The notes beneath the pieces were generated by a model. That model worked only from the letters and a program-made list of their open reading frames with translations, had not been told where the DNA came from and ran no database searches. DNA of 64,000 nucleotides from an uncultured Sphaerobacteraceae bacterium (GTDB lineage Bacteria; Chloroflexota; Chloroflexia; Thermomicrobiales; UBA6265): assembly GCA_964526965.1 (NCBI GenBank), contig CAZGML010000006.1, forward strand, positions 9,814 through 73,813. Direction: 5' to 3'. Both the position numbers and the translations under genes were made by a program. How positions within the stretch are numbered: the first letter of the stretch is position 1; each line of letters opens with the position of its first letter. Positions 28,479 to 37,711 of this stretch are shown here, piece by piece.

Positions 28479-28847
28479 ATGGCAAGCGTACCCAGTACAC
28501 ACGGGCACGAGCATCACGATGATCATCCCCCACTTTCATTGTGGGTAAACATCGCGATATTCCTGGCAATCGCTACCGCTGTCGAAGTCGCTATCTATTA
28601 CATCCCGGCGGTGGAAGGCATTCTGGTGCCGCTGCTGGTGGCTCTCTCGGCAGTCAAGTTCGCATTCGTTATCTGGTACTTCATGCACCTGAAGTACGAC
28701 AACAAAATCCTGGCTGGCACGTTTATCGCGGCGCTTACAGTCAGCCTCATCGTGTTTATCGCCCTTTGGGTGATCATGTACTACGACAACCCGACAGTGT
28801 TCCACCCGAACACCAGTATTTTCGATCAAAAGCCGTCTGGTCCGTAA
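28479..28847 (+). CDS. ctaF: cytochrome c oxidase subunit IV (prokaryotic type)
   Basis: 122 aa, 3 TM helices, KFAFVIWYFMHLK motif. Position is right after ctaE. Confidence 0.8.
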   Translation: MASVPSTHGHEHHDDHPPLSLWVNIAIFLAIATAVEVAIYYIPAVEGILVPLLVALSAVKFAFVIWYFMHLKYDNKILAGTFIAALTVSLIVFIALWVIMYYDNPTVFHPNTSIFDQKPSGP

Positions 28848-28871
28848 CCGGGCCACAGGCTAACGGATAGA

Positions 28872-29807
28872 GTGATTTCATACATGCTGCAATCGCTGCA
28901 CTTACTGCCACTCCTGCACGTAGGGGGTCCCGAGCCAATCGGGTTCCCCTACACGCACTGGATCATTGAACCCGCGGTAGCGGTGGCCATGATGATCATG
29001 ACCATCGGGTATTTCCTTGTGGTTGGCCCGCTGAATCGGCGTCGTCCCGGCGTTGAGAACCGGCCAGTCACCAACGCGCAAATCCGCTGGTTCATTCTCG
29101 GACAGGTCTTCCTGCTTATTTCGCTCGGTCCGCCGCTGGACGACTGGAGTTACCACTTCTTTGCCAGTGTGCATATGGTGCAGCACTTGCTGCTGATGTT
29201 TGCCGTGGTGCCGTGCTGGATCAAGGGCACACCGCCATGGGTGTTGCGATCACTGCTGAATAACGCACTTGGTCGCTTCTTGCTTACCAAGGCACCAAAG
29301 GTACTGCCTGGCTTTGTAATGGCCACCATGATCATCGTGCTGTGGCACTTCCCGGCGCTGTATAACCTCACACTCGAGAATCAGTTCGTCCACGCAATGC
29401 AGCACATTGCTTTCCTGGTGGCGGGGTTCCTGTTCTTCTGGCCGATTATGAGCCCATTACCGGAAGCTCCACAGCTGCCGCCGCTGCTCAAGTGCCTCTA
29501 TCTCTTCCTGCAGACCCTGCCGAGCGGTATCGTTGGCGCCATGATTGTGTACGCCAGCCCCGGTTTGTACCCGCATTACGCCAAAGCGGTACAGCGGCCA
29601 TTTGGCTTGAGTCTTGCTGAGGATCAGGTGCTAAGCGGCATGATTATGTGGGTTGGTATGAATACCGTTTTCCTGGCAATGATTACCGTTATCTTCCTGA
29701 AATACGCAGCCGCTGAAGAGAAGAAAGATCAGGAAGCGATTGAATCGGGTACAGCGACTACACGCATCGTGCCCGTGAAAGAGCCGACAGGCGCTCATAC
29801 CGCCTGA
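28872..29807 (+). CDS. ctaG: cytochrome c oxidase assembly factor CtaG (Caa3_CtaG family)
   Basis: Polytopic membrane protein with HMVQHLLLM and HAMQHIAFL His motifs. GTG at 28872, or ATG at 28884. Confidence 0.75.
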   Translation: MISYMLQSLHLLPLLHVGGPEPIGFPYTHWIIEPAVAVAMMIMTIGYFLVVGPLNRRRPGVENRPVTNAQIRWFILGQVFLLISLGPPLDDWSYHFFASVHMVQHLLLMFAVVPCWIKGTPPWVLRSLLNNALGRFLLTKAPKVLPGFVMATMIIVLWHFPALYNLTLENQFVHAMQHIAFLVAGFLFFWPIMSPLPEAPQLPPLLKCLYLFLQTLPSGIVGAMIVYASPGLYPHYAKAVQRPFGLSLAEDQVLSGMIMWVGMNTVFLAMITVIFLKYAAAEEKKDQEAIESGTATTRIVPVKEPTGAHTA

Positions 29808-29828
29808 TACCCGGAAGGGGGTGCGGAC

Positions 29829-30257
29829 ATGGCAGTTCCAACACAGAACCCGCCGCCACCTTCACAAGCTGATCTGGCTGTGCAACGCATGGAAGCGGAA
29901 CACAGGATGCTTGCCGATGAGCGTTTCACCGGATGGGCAGTTATCTGGACACTGTTCGGGTTCAAAATCGGCACCGTGGTGCTCATCGTCATCCTCGGTG
30001 CTCGGAACGCCGAGGCAGGTAGCGACAAGTGGTGGGCGTATATTTTGTCGACAACCTGGTACTGGTTTATCATCCCGGTCGTCGCGCTTAGCGGTATTGT
30101 CGCCTGGCGTTTACGATTGCGAAAGGCGCGCAAACAGGCCGAGAAGCTGAGACAAAGCGAGTTCTCGCTTGTGCATGACTCGGAGCTGGAACCACTTACC
30201 GAGGAAGAGAAGGCCCGGCTGCGACAGCTTAAACAGCCGGATGAGTATAGGGGTTAG
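29829..30257 (+). CDS. hypothetical 2-TM membrane protein, co-oriented with the cta operon
   Basis: ATG with purine-rich RBS. Two TM helices and a basic/acidic coiled C-terminus. Confidence 0.55.
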   Translation: MAVPTQNPPPPSQADLAVQRMEAEHRMLADERFTGWAVIWTLFGFKIGTVVLIVILGARNAEAGSDKWWAYILSTTWYWFIIPVVALSGIVAWRLRLRKARKQAEKLRQSEFSLVHDSELEPLTEEEKARLRQLKQPDEYRG

Positions 30258-30287
30258 TGCAAATGGGGAAGTCAGGGGAGAGTAGAG

Positions 30288-30920
30288 ATGAATAAGTTTC
30301 GGCAACAATACATTGATTCAGTAATCCTGCCAGTTGGGGGATTGATCAGCATCGGGATCATCATCACGCTTATAGGGCGCACATTTATTAGCGTTTATGA
30401 AGGCGGAAATCCAGACCGGATCGACCGGCCAGAACTCTGGATCGGTGTCGGAATCCTTCTGGGCGTGATCATCCTCATGGGCCTCCTCTCCCGCCAGCCG
30501 GAAGACGCCGGCTTCCTCGGTAAGGAGGTCGCGCTCGGCGATACAGGTATGTGGGACGACTCCCTGCCACCGGTTGATCCAGGCGCCCGCACCGGTGAGC
30601 AAGGCACGACCGCCGATATCACGGAAGGCTATACGCTTTACGCCTCAAGTGGCGCGCTCGCAGTAGTGCGCGGAATCATGCCCGGCGGCGTCGATTACGG
30701 ACGACGCTACAGCGGTATGATGTACGCCACCGGCATCAAGAGCGCCTCCAAGGAGCTCTGGATTCCCTTCGAAGCCGTGCTTGCCGTATACCCAGAAACC
30801 AAATCGGCCTTCCTCGCCATGAGTGGCGACGAAACCGAAACCTTCGGCTGGACCTCCCCGCCAGAAGGCATGACCCGCGGCTTCCAGAAGCCCGTTCGCC
30901 CCGAGGACAAGATTAAGTAA
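30288..30920 (+). CDS. hypothetical membrane protein (2 TM plus soluble C-terminal domain)
   Basis: ATG after GGGGAGAG. Last gene before the terminator at 30964. Confidence 0.55.
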   Translation: MNKFRQQYIDSVILPVGGLISIGIIITLIGRTFISVYEGGNPDRIDRPELWIGVGILLGVIILMGLLSRQPEDAGFLGKEVALGDTGMWDDSLPPVDPGARTGEQGTTADITEGYTLYASSGALAVVRGIMPGGVDYGRRYSGMMYATGIKSASKELWIPFEAVLAVYPETKSAFLAMSGDETETFGWTSPPEGMTRGFQKPVRPEDKIK

Positions 30921-30963
30921 GTCAGTGTCCGCATCGCTCCGGCGATATGATATTGAGCCAGCA

Positions 30964-31011
30964 GGTAACCCGTATCTCGCGTCATAATGCGAGGTACGGG
31001 TTACCGCTTTT
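30964..31011 (+). terminator. rho-independent terminator
   Basis: GGTAACCCGTA..(loop)..TACGGGTTACC followed by GCTTTTC. Confidence 0.75.
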
Positions 31012-31124
31012 CAGGGCGCAGGGCTTCACGAAAATGGCAGAATCCTGGCCTGCGTGGCGTGCAGCTTGCGCCTGGCAGGAATTCGGGAATGATGAGACTG
31101 GCCGAAAATGTTGGTTCAAAGAGG

Positions 31125-31655
31125 ATGATAAACGTGGATAAGAGACAAGCCATCATCATCACTGGCCCGGTTGGCTCCGGCAAAACCACTGTCATGGCAA
31201 CAATCACTGAGATCCTGGAGGAGCAGAATCGCCCTTGTGCTGGCGTAGATATGGATCATCTGCGCTGGTTCTACCCAAAACAACCTGGCGATCCCTTTGG
31301 TGGAGAAGTCGGCAGGAAGAACCTCGCATTCGTTGCGGCAAACTATCGATCGATGGGAGTGTCCATCATAGCGATCGCCGATATGGTGGAGAGCGACGAT
31401 GATCGCCAGAAGCTGGCAGAAGCCCTTCCAGATTTCGAGGTACATGTCGTTCGCTTGCGCGTACCACTGTCACTGGTGGAGGAGCGTCTCCGCCAGCGCG
31501 AGACCATCGATCGCCTGCCGTGGTACCTCGACCGGGCCCCGGAGTTGGAAAGCATCATGGACGCCCGCAACATCGGCGATACGGTTATCGAAGTGGGCGA
31601 GCGCACACCCCGTGAAGTAGCGCTGGAAATCTGCCGTCGGGTGGGCATCATGTAA
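31125..31655 (+). CDS. P-loop kinase-like protein (AAA_33 / small-molecule kinase-like)
   Basis: Walker A ITGPVGSGKTT near the N-terminus. Start ambiguous (ATG 31125 or GTG 31134 after AAGAGGA). Confidence 0.55.
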   Translation: MINVDKRQAIIITGPVGSGKTTVMATITEILEEQNRPCAGVDMDHLRWFYPKQPGDPFGGEVGRKNLAFVAANYRSMGVSIIAIADMVESDDDRQKLAEALPDFEVHVVRLRVPLSLVEERLRQRETIDRLPWYLDRAPELESIMDARNIGDTVIEVGERTPREVALEICRRVGIM

Positions 31656-31704
31656 CGCCCACCTTAGGTAGTAGCATCGTAACGAACCCGGAAACTGGTA
31701 TGAG

Positions 31705-32037
31705 CTAAAGCGTCAGACTATCCAGGAACTGCTGCAAGTGCTGCAGGCGCCCGGGAGTCAGGCTAAACCATGCCCACTTGCCTCGCTGCTCCCGCGTAAG
31801 GATGCCTGCCTCCGTAAGTCGCTTGAGGTGATGCGAGGCCGTGGACTGTGAGATCCCCAGGGCGTCCGGAAAATCACACGCGCAAACGGCATTCCCACCA
31901 CGCGAAATGAGGATACGCAGAATACTGAGTCGCATCGGCTCTGCCAATACCTTGAGCAACTGGGCATATTCCATCAACGCCTCGTCTGGCGCGTACGGTG
32001 CAACTTGTGGAACTGGGCGAGACGTCAGTGTTTTCAT
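31705..32037 (-). CDS. arsR: ArsR/SmtB family metalloregulator
   Basis: LKVLAEPMRLSILRIL.., the AVCACDF Cys pair at the As(III)-site position, and QSTASHHLKRL recognition helix. Divergent from arsM. Confidence 0.85.
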   Translation of the reverse strand: MKTLTSRPVPQVAPYAPDEALMEYAQLLKVLAEPMRLSILRILISRGGNAVCACDFPDALGISQSTASHHLKRLTEAGILTREQRGKWAWFSLTPGRLQHLQQFLDSLTL

Positions 32038-32064
32038 GCCAATCAGTATGCCACATATTGACGT

Positions 32065-32105
32065 TCATCGATATGAGATGTTACTCTCCTGCCAAATATC
32101 GATGA
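32065..32105. promoter_or_regulatory. inverted repeat TCATCGATAT-N21-ATATCGATGA in the arsR/arsM divergent region (candidate ArsR operator)
   Basis: Perfect 10-bp arms at 32065..32074 and 32096..32105, each containing an ATCGAT palindrome. Confidence 0.45.
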
Positions 32106-32144
32106 TTGTCGATACGAGTCGCATACCCTGGAAGGATACGAGTC

Positions 32145-32999
32145 ATGAGCGCCAGCCAAAATCCAAAGCTCGATGCTGTTCGCGATCGTTATGCGCGTGC
32201 CGCTCGAGCAGTGGGAACTGCCACTGACACCAAATGTTGTAACATCCAGCCTGATCCCATCACTGGTAACCTGTACTCTGCAGAGGAAACTGGCCTCGTG
32301 CCGATGGATGCGATCTCCGGCTCCCTCGGATGCGGTAACCCTACCGCCCTGGCGGAACTGCATGAGGGCGAAATCGTGCTGGATCTCGGTAGCGGGGGCG
32401 GAATTGATGTCCTGCTCAGTGCGCGCCGGGTCGGCTCCACCGGCCACGCCTACGGTGTTGATATGACCGACGAAATGCTTGCCCTCGCGGAGAAGAACAA
32501 GAGAGAGGCCGGCGCGGAAAACGTCACCTTCCTCAAGGGAAGCGTCGAAAACGTCCCACTTGAAGACCAGGCAGTGGATGTCATTATTTCCAACTGTGTG
32601 ATCAACCTCGCTGTCGAGAAGTCGGTGGTGCTGCGTGAGGCTTTCCGGCTCCTCAAGCCCGGTGGGCGGTTCGCAGTGAGCGATGTAGTCTCCCGTGGCC
32701 AACTGCCGGAGGATCTTCGCCACGATATGGAGGCTTGGGTCGGCTGCATTGCAGGAGCGCTGGAAGAGAACGAGTTCCGATCGCTGCTTGCCGAGGCAGG
32801 ATTTGAAGATATCGAGATTCAGGAAACACGGCTCTATGATCCTCGCGAACTTGCCAGTGCTGCCGGCAATGGCGAGCAGGCGTGCTGCTCTGGTGGCGAG
32901 TCCGGGCCCGTAGCGTGGGATGGCTCTGCCCTGGACCGGTATGAGAAGAGCGGTGGACAGTTATTGAGCGCCTTTATACGCGCTCGCAAGCCGGAGTAG
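32145..32999 (+). CDS. arsM: arsenite S-adenosylmethionine methyltransferase
   Basis: ATG at 32145 after GGAAGGA. N-terminal CC pair, LGCGNP, SAM motif VLDLGSGGGIDV and ..IISNCVINL.. are typical of ArsM. Confidence 0.85.
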   Translation: MSASQNPKLDAVRDRYARAARAVGTATDTKCCNIQPDPITGNLYSAEETGLVPMDAISGSLGCGNPTALAELHEGEIVLDLGSGGGIDVLLSARRVGSTGHAYGVDMTDEMLALAEKNKREAGAENVTFLKGSVENVPLEDQAVDVIISNCVINLAVEKSVVLREAFRLLKPGGRFAVSDVVSRGQLPEDLRHDMEAWVGCIAGALEENEFRSLLAEAGFEDIEIQETRLYDPRELASAAGNGEQACCSGGESGPVAWDGSALDRYEKSGGQLLSAFIRARKPE

Positions 33000-33001
33000 A
33001 C

Positions 33002-34072
33002 ATGTCACAAGGTAATCCGAACGCAAGGTTGAGTGTTGTTGATCGATTTCTTCCCGTGTGGATCGTTGCCGCGATGGCGTTGGGAATCCTGCTGGGTAAA
33101 GTCTTCCCGAATCTGGGTGTCGCGCTGGATAAGGTGAAAATCGCTGGCGTATCGCTGCCCATCGCTATCGGACTGCTCTGGATGATGTATCCGGTGCTGG
33201 CCAAGGTGAAGTATGGCCGGGCAGCGTCCATGCTCTCCAACGGTAAGTTGTTAGGCACCACAACGGTGTTGAACTGGGTGATTGGGCCACTATTGATGTT
33301 CATTCTGGCGTGGTCATTCCTGCCGGACGAACCTGCTTTCCGCACTGGCCTGATCCTGATCGGTCTCGCCCGATGTATCGCCATGGTGCTGATCTGGAAC
33401 ATGCTCGCCTGTGGCGATGGCGAAGTCGCCGCCATATTGGTAGCGATTAACTCCGTCTTCCAGATTGTGATGTATTCGATTCTCGGGTGGTTCTACCTGG
33501 TGCAAGTGCCTGAATGGCTCGGTCTCGACCAAACCGGATTCGATGTCAGCATGGGCATGATTGCCCGTAATGTCGCCATCTTCCTCGGTATCCCGCTGGT
33601 TGCCGGAGCGTTGACTCGCGTTTGGCTGACTCGGCGCAAGACTGAGGCGTGGTACGAGAACGAGTTCCTGCCGCGAATCGGCCCTACGGCTTTGCTCGGA
33701 TTGCTCTACACAATCGTGCTGATGTTCGCCATGCAGGGTGAGCGCATCGTCGAGCAACCATTCGCCATCGTGCGAATCGCCATACCACTGTTGATCTATT
33801 TTGTACTGATGTTCTTCATCGCCTTCTTCTACGCTCGTGCACAGGGATTTGCCTACGAAGAGACCACCGCCATCGCGTTCACTGCGGCCGGAAACAATTT
33901 CGAACTCGCAATTGCTGTAGCCGTCGGTCTGTTCGGCATCGCTTCTGGAGAGGCACTGGCCGGGGTTATCGGTCCATTGATTGAGGTGCCCGTACTGGTG
34001 GCGTTGGCCTACGTTGCGCTGTGGATGCGTGACCGGTTGGAATTTCCTCGCACCAGAGAGGCCTTGGTATGA
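33002..34072 (+). CDS. acr3: ACR3-family arsenite efflux permease
   Basis: About 10-TM protein. N-terminal LSVVDRFLPVWI and ..LIGLARCIAMV.. (conserved Cys) are typical of Acr3. Confidence 0.85.
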   Translation: MSQGNPNARLSVVDRFLPVWIVAAMALGILLGKVFPNLGVALDKVKIAGVSLPIAIGLLWMMYPVLAKVKYGRAASMLSNGKLLGTTTVLNWVIGPLLMFILAWSFLPDEPAFRTGLILIGLARCIAMVLIWNMLACGDGEVAAILVAINSVFQIVMYSILGWFYLVQVPEWLGLDQTGFDVSMGMIARNVAIFLGIPLVAGALTRVWLTRRKTEAWYENEFLPRIGPTALLGLLYTIVLMFAMQGERIVEQPFAIVRIAIPLLIYFVLMFFIAFFYARAQGFAYEETTAIAFTAAGNNFELAIAVAVGLFGIASGEALAGVIGPLIEVPVLVALAYVALWMRDRLEFPRTREALV

Positions 34073-34806
34073 CCAGAATCGCGTTCTTCGGCGACTTGCA
34101 CGGAAATGTTCAGGCGACCGAGGTGGTGCTGGCAGATATTGACGCTCACGAACCTGATCACATCATCTGCCTCGGCGATCTCGTCGGGTACGGCGCGAAT
34201 CCGAACGAGGTGATCGATCATATTCGGAACCGAAATATCCCCGTCATCATGGGCAACTATGATGACGGGATCGGTTTTGATCGAGGTGATTGTGGATGCG
34301 CCTATCAGGACGAGACCGACAAGGCAAACGGCGACAAATCTGTTGCTTGGACCGCTGCCGCAGTGACAACTACGAACAAGGTCTGGCTCCAGACATTGTT
34401 GCCGGAGTACCGTCTGGAGGTTGACGGTCACCGCATTAGGGTGGTGCACGGCAGCCCTCGTCGCATCAACGAGTACCTGTTCGAAGACCGCAATGAAGCA
34501 TCACTGGAGCGCATCGCTCGCTCAGCGAATTGTGATGTGCTCGTGTTTGGGCATACCCATAAACCCTGGACGCGTGACATCGATAGGGTTCGCTTCATCA
34601 ACGCAGGAAGTGTAGGTAAGCCAAAGGACGGTGATCCCAGAACTTGTTGGGCTATGTTAGATGTCAGTGAGCCGGGTGAAACGGAAGTGACGTTCCACCG
34701 GGTTGAGTACGATATACACTCTGCAGCAGCCGCAATTCGCACCGCGACAGGTTTGCCTGATGTGTATGCGAGCGATATAGAAACCGGTGGCGCTACACCA
34801 GTTTAA
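34069..34806 (+). CDS. metallophosphoesterase (YfcE/MJ0936-like), translationally coupled to acr3
   Basis: GDLHGN, GDLVGYG, GNYD, VHGSP and GHTH motifs. Carries an insert with DCGCAY. ATGA overlap with the acr3 stop. Confidence 0.75.
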   Translation: MTRIAFFGDLHGNVQATEVVLADIDAHEPDHIICLGDLVGYGANPNEVIDHIRNRNIPVIMGNYDDGIGFDRGDCGCAYQDETDKANGDKSVAWTAAAVTTTNKVWLQTLLPEYRLEVDGHRIRVVHGSPRRINEYLFEDRNEASLERIARSANCDVLVFGHTHKPWTRDIDRVRFINAGSVGKPKDGDPRTCWAMLDVSEPGETEVTFHRVEYDIHSAAAAIRTATGLPDVYASDIETGGATPV

Positions 34807-35248
34807 GCTTGTACCCAATGTGGCTTGGTTCGAATCCCAGGCGATCATAGAAGCGATGTGCATCTTCGCGAGATTTGTCTGTCGTGAGCTCAACCAGGCC
34901 ACAGCCCTGTTCGCGGGCGTACTCAATTGCCCACTCAAACATCTTTTGGCCAATACCGGCACCGCGGACTGCGGAACTCACGCGCACCCCTTCGATATTC
35001 GCCCGGCTCATTCCCTTGCGGGACAGGCCGGGTGTAATTGATACCTGCATCGTGCCGGCAATCTCCCCATCGCGCTCGCAGATTACCTGTATCAGCAGAG
35101 GGTCGTTTATGATCTGCTCCAATGCAGCATGGTATGGCGAGAGGTCGTCTGGCGATTCGCGCTGGGCTCCCAGGTGATCGTCCGCGAGCATGGCGACGAT
35201 TGCAGGCAGGTCGGCTTCGGTGGCTGGTCGGAAGACAAGGTCGCTCAT
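34793..35248 (-). CDS. GNAT family N-acetyltransferase
   Basis: RGAGIGQKMFEWAIEYAREQG acetyl-CoA binding motif. 151 aa. Confidence 0.8.
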   Translation of the reverse strand: MSDLVFRPATEADLPAIVAMLADDHLGAQRESPDDLSPYHAALEQIINDPLLIQVICERDGEIAGTMQVSITPGLSRKGMSRANIEGVRVSSAVRGAGIGQKMFEWAIEYAREQGCGLVELTTDKSREDAHRFYDRLGFEPSHIGYKLKLV

Positions 35249-35700
35249 GTACCCTCCGGTTCAATCGCGTACTGGATCAATCCAGTCGGTGGTGCGAACT
35301 GGTCATATAGCCGACGTGCGGTTGCATTTGAATCTTGCGTGAGCCAGTGGATTTTATCCCATCCCTTCTCGGCAGCGAGACGTTGAATATGTTGAATCAT
35401 CGCCTTGCCAGCGCCACTGCCTCGCGCTGAGGGATCAACAAAGAGGTCGTTCAGGTAACAACGCTGTGCAATCGCCCAGGTGGTGCCGTGCAGGACGCAG
35501 TTGGCAATGCCGATCACCTCGCCATCGCGCTCGGCGACCATGCCGAAGAAATCCGGTGTGGCATCGTCCAGCAGGCGCTCCCAGCTTTTGGCAGTCACAT
35601 TTGCTGGCATGTCTACGTTGTAGAAATCGCAGTAGCCATCCCACAAGCGATGCCAGGCGTCATAGTCGGTTTCTTCAAGTGGTCTTACGATGGTGCTCAT
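35245..35700 (-). CDS. GNAT family N-acetyltransferase
   Basis: ARGSGAGKAMIQHIQRLAAEKG motif. ATGA overlaps at both ends. Confidence 0.8.
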   Translation of the reverse strand: MSTIVRPLEETDYDAWHRLWDGYCDFYNVDMPANVTAKSWERLLDDATPDFFGMVAERDGEVIGIANCVLHGTTWAIAQRCYLNDLFVDPSARGSGAGKAMIQHIQRLAAEKGWDKIHWLTQDSNATARRLYDQFAPPTGLIQYAIEPEGT

Positions 35701-36848
35701 TTGAAGGCCTCCTTCACGGCCTTCCAGATGACACCGTTCATCAGGCCATAGTTATACACATCCACGCCGGTGACGCCGGCTTCCTGCCACGCCTTGAGGC
35801 GAGGCGCGATTTGGCCGGGATCAGTAGTGTCCGGTGTAATAGCGCGGATGGCACCGCGTACAGGACGTCCTAACTGGGCGGCGTCGCGCGCGCGGTCGGC
35901 AGCATCTTCCTCTGACTGGGCATAGCCAGCCAGAGAGCCATCACCGGTGGCGACCTGCGCGGCAGCGTCCGGGCTGCCATCGAGCTTGGCGAAGTGCCAG
36001 ATTTCCGTGTTTGGGTTTACGGATTTCACGGCATCCCGAATTTCCTCTGCGAGACTGAGTTCTTGCTGTTTCAGCCAGGTCATGTATTGTGGAAGTCCGC
36101 CTTCGATCATCGATTTCACAGTGGACGTTGGCTCGCCGTTTTCGTCTGCGAGCTTCACTCCCTGATTCAGGCTGGCATCCAGCACACTGGCGGCGAGCCC
36201 ACGCAGCATCTCGGCAGGCACGCCATCCTCGCCGGCCTTTGCCACTTCGTAGTCGCTGAATGAGAGGTTGAGCAGATCCCGCTGCACCGCATCGAAGTCG
36301 GTACCGATGATCTCGTGGTGCTCACCGTGCATGAATCCCATATAGCCCGGCGATTCCAGCATGATCGCGTGGAGATCATAGCGACTGGCCATATCGGTAA
36401 CATGTGCAATCATGTACTCGCGCGCCAACGGATGTGCCGGGCTAAGCGAGTTGTACAGCGGATCCGCGAACACGGTGTGCTGAACCGCCTCCGGAAACTG
36501 CTCGCCCAGCCAGCGGTTGTGCAAGCACACCGTCCACGCAACGAGATTGAGTCCCAGCTTGTCCTTCCGCTTGTTTACCTCGTCGGCCGGACTCGAATCC
36601 TCCGTCACCAGGCTGTGGAGTCGCGGCTTCATTTCCCCGTACCGGCTCATATCCGGACGATAACTGATGGCACCATCCTCGGCGTAATAGACGCGCCGCT
36701 TTGGATTGCGAGGCAACAGGAACTTGCCAGCGTGATACTGCATTGCCAGGTTCACGTTGGTGAAGCCGGATTTGGCGATCTCGCCGAGGGCGGCATCGTA
36801 GCCGTGATCCGCAAGGTCCCAGGGATAGGTGAAGATTCCGTGTTCCAT
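35697..36848 (-). CDS. hypothetical protein (possibly TIM-barrel glycosidase-like)
   Basis: 383-aa ORF with GGAGG RBS. I recognise no diagnostic motif. Confidence 0.5.
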   Translation of the reverse strand: MEHGIFTYPWDLADHGYDAALGEIAKSGFTNVNLAMQYHAGKFLLPRNPKRRVYYAEDGAISYRPDMSRYGEMKPRLHSLVTEDSSPADEVNKRKDKLGLNLVAWTVCLHNRWLGEQFPEAVQHTVFADPLYNSLSPAHPLAREYMIAHVTDMASRYDLHAIMLESPGYMGFMHGEHHEIIGTDFDAVQRDLLNLSFSDYEVAKAGEDGVPAEMLRGLAASVLDASLNQGVKLADENGEPTSTVKSMIEGGLPQYMTWLKQQELSLAEEIRDAVKSVNPNTEIWHFAKLDGSPDAAAQVATGDGSLAGYAQSEEDAADRARDAAQLGRPVRGAIRAITPDTTDPGQIAPRLKAWQEAGVTGVDVYNYGLMNGVIWKAVKEAFK

Positions 36849-36933
36849 TCATCCTCCTACGGCAGTTGACCTGTGGGTCATCTGAATTTGTAGCGGAGGA
36901 CCGATGTGTCCTCCCTCTTTGCGTTGTGGTTTG

Positions 36934-37689
36934 CTACGGCAGGTAGGTGAGATGTCCACCATCCACCAGCAACGTTTGCCCGGTTACCCAGCTCGATTCA
37001 TCCTGGCAGAAGAACGTGACCGCATTGGCGATGCCATCAGATGTGCCCCAACGACCAGTCGGCACGCGTTTCTCCGCACCTTCCAGATGCTCGTCCAGCC
37101 CCGGGCGGTAGGGAACCGCTCCCGGCGCAACGCAGTTCGTGGTGATACCGTACTTCCCGAGCTCGAGGGCCATGTTCTTCGTCATCATTTGCACGCCGGC
37201 CTTGGCGATATCGTAGATGATCTGCTGGTGATGCGGTGCAAAAACCCCGATAGTACCGATGTTTACGATTCTGCCATTGATGTTTTGCTCGAGCATGGAA
37301 CGGGCAACGTGTTGGGCGAGTATGTACGGGGCACGCACATTCACGTTCATTTCTGCATCTCAATCCGTATCGGTTGTTTCAAGGAATGGCTTTGGCTTTG
37401 AGAAGCCGGCGTTGTTGATGAGGATATCGAACGGGCCCATTTGCTCCAGGGCGGTTTGCGCCAGGTGATGGGTCTCTTCCCGATCCTGCAGGTCGGCCGG
37501 TGCACCCTGGATGTTGGTGCCAAATTGCTGCAGTTCGGAGATGGCCTGATCGATATCTTCCTGTTTGCGACCACTGATAAAAACATCTGCGCCATCGCGT
37601 GCGAGCCATTCGGCAATCGTGCGGCCAAGGCCACGCGTGCTTCCGGTAACGAGCGCACGTTTGTTCGCGAAACGAGGTTTATTAGTCAT
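36934..37689 (-). pseudogene. short-chain dehydrogenase/reductase interrupted by a single in-frame TGA
   Basis: The N-terminal ORF (TGSTRGLG Rossmann motif, NNAG) ends ..ETTDTD-TGA. The same frame continues DAEMNVNVRAPY.. with the YDIAK catalytic Tyr/Lys. The TGA (37360..37362) sits where SDRs usually have Trp (TGG). Confidence 0.7.
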
Positions 37690-37711
37690 CCCTGCAACTC
37701 CAATTTGAGGG

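Noticed and set aside
34827-34838. T-loop-like GGTTCGAATCCC
   Set aside because: It lies inside the GNAT CDS (34793..35248), where it encodes ..LGFEPS... No cloverleaf can be drawn around it.
37360-37362. TGA recoding (selenocysteine or Trp) in the SDR gene
   Set aside because: No SECIS-like hairpin follows immediately downstream, and SDRs do not use Sec at this position. TGA is used as a genuine stop by many neighbouring genes, so a code with TGA=Trp is excluded.
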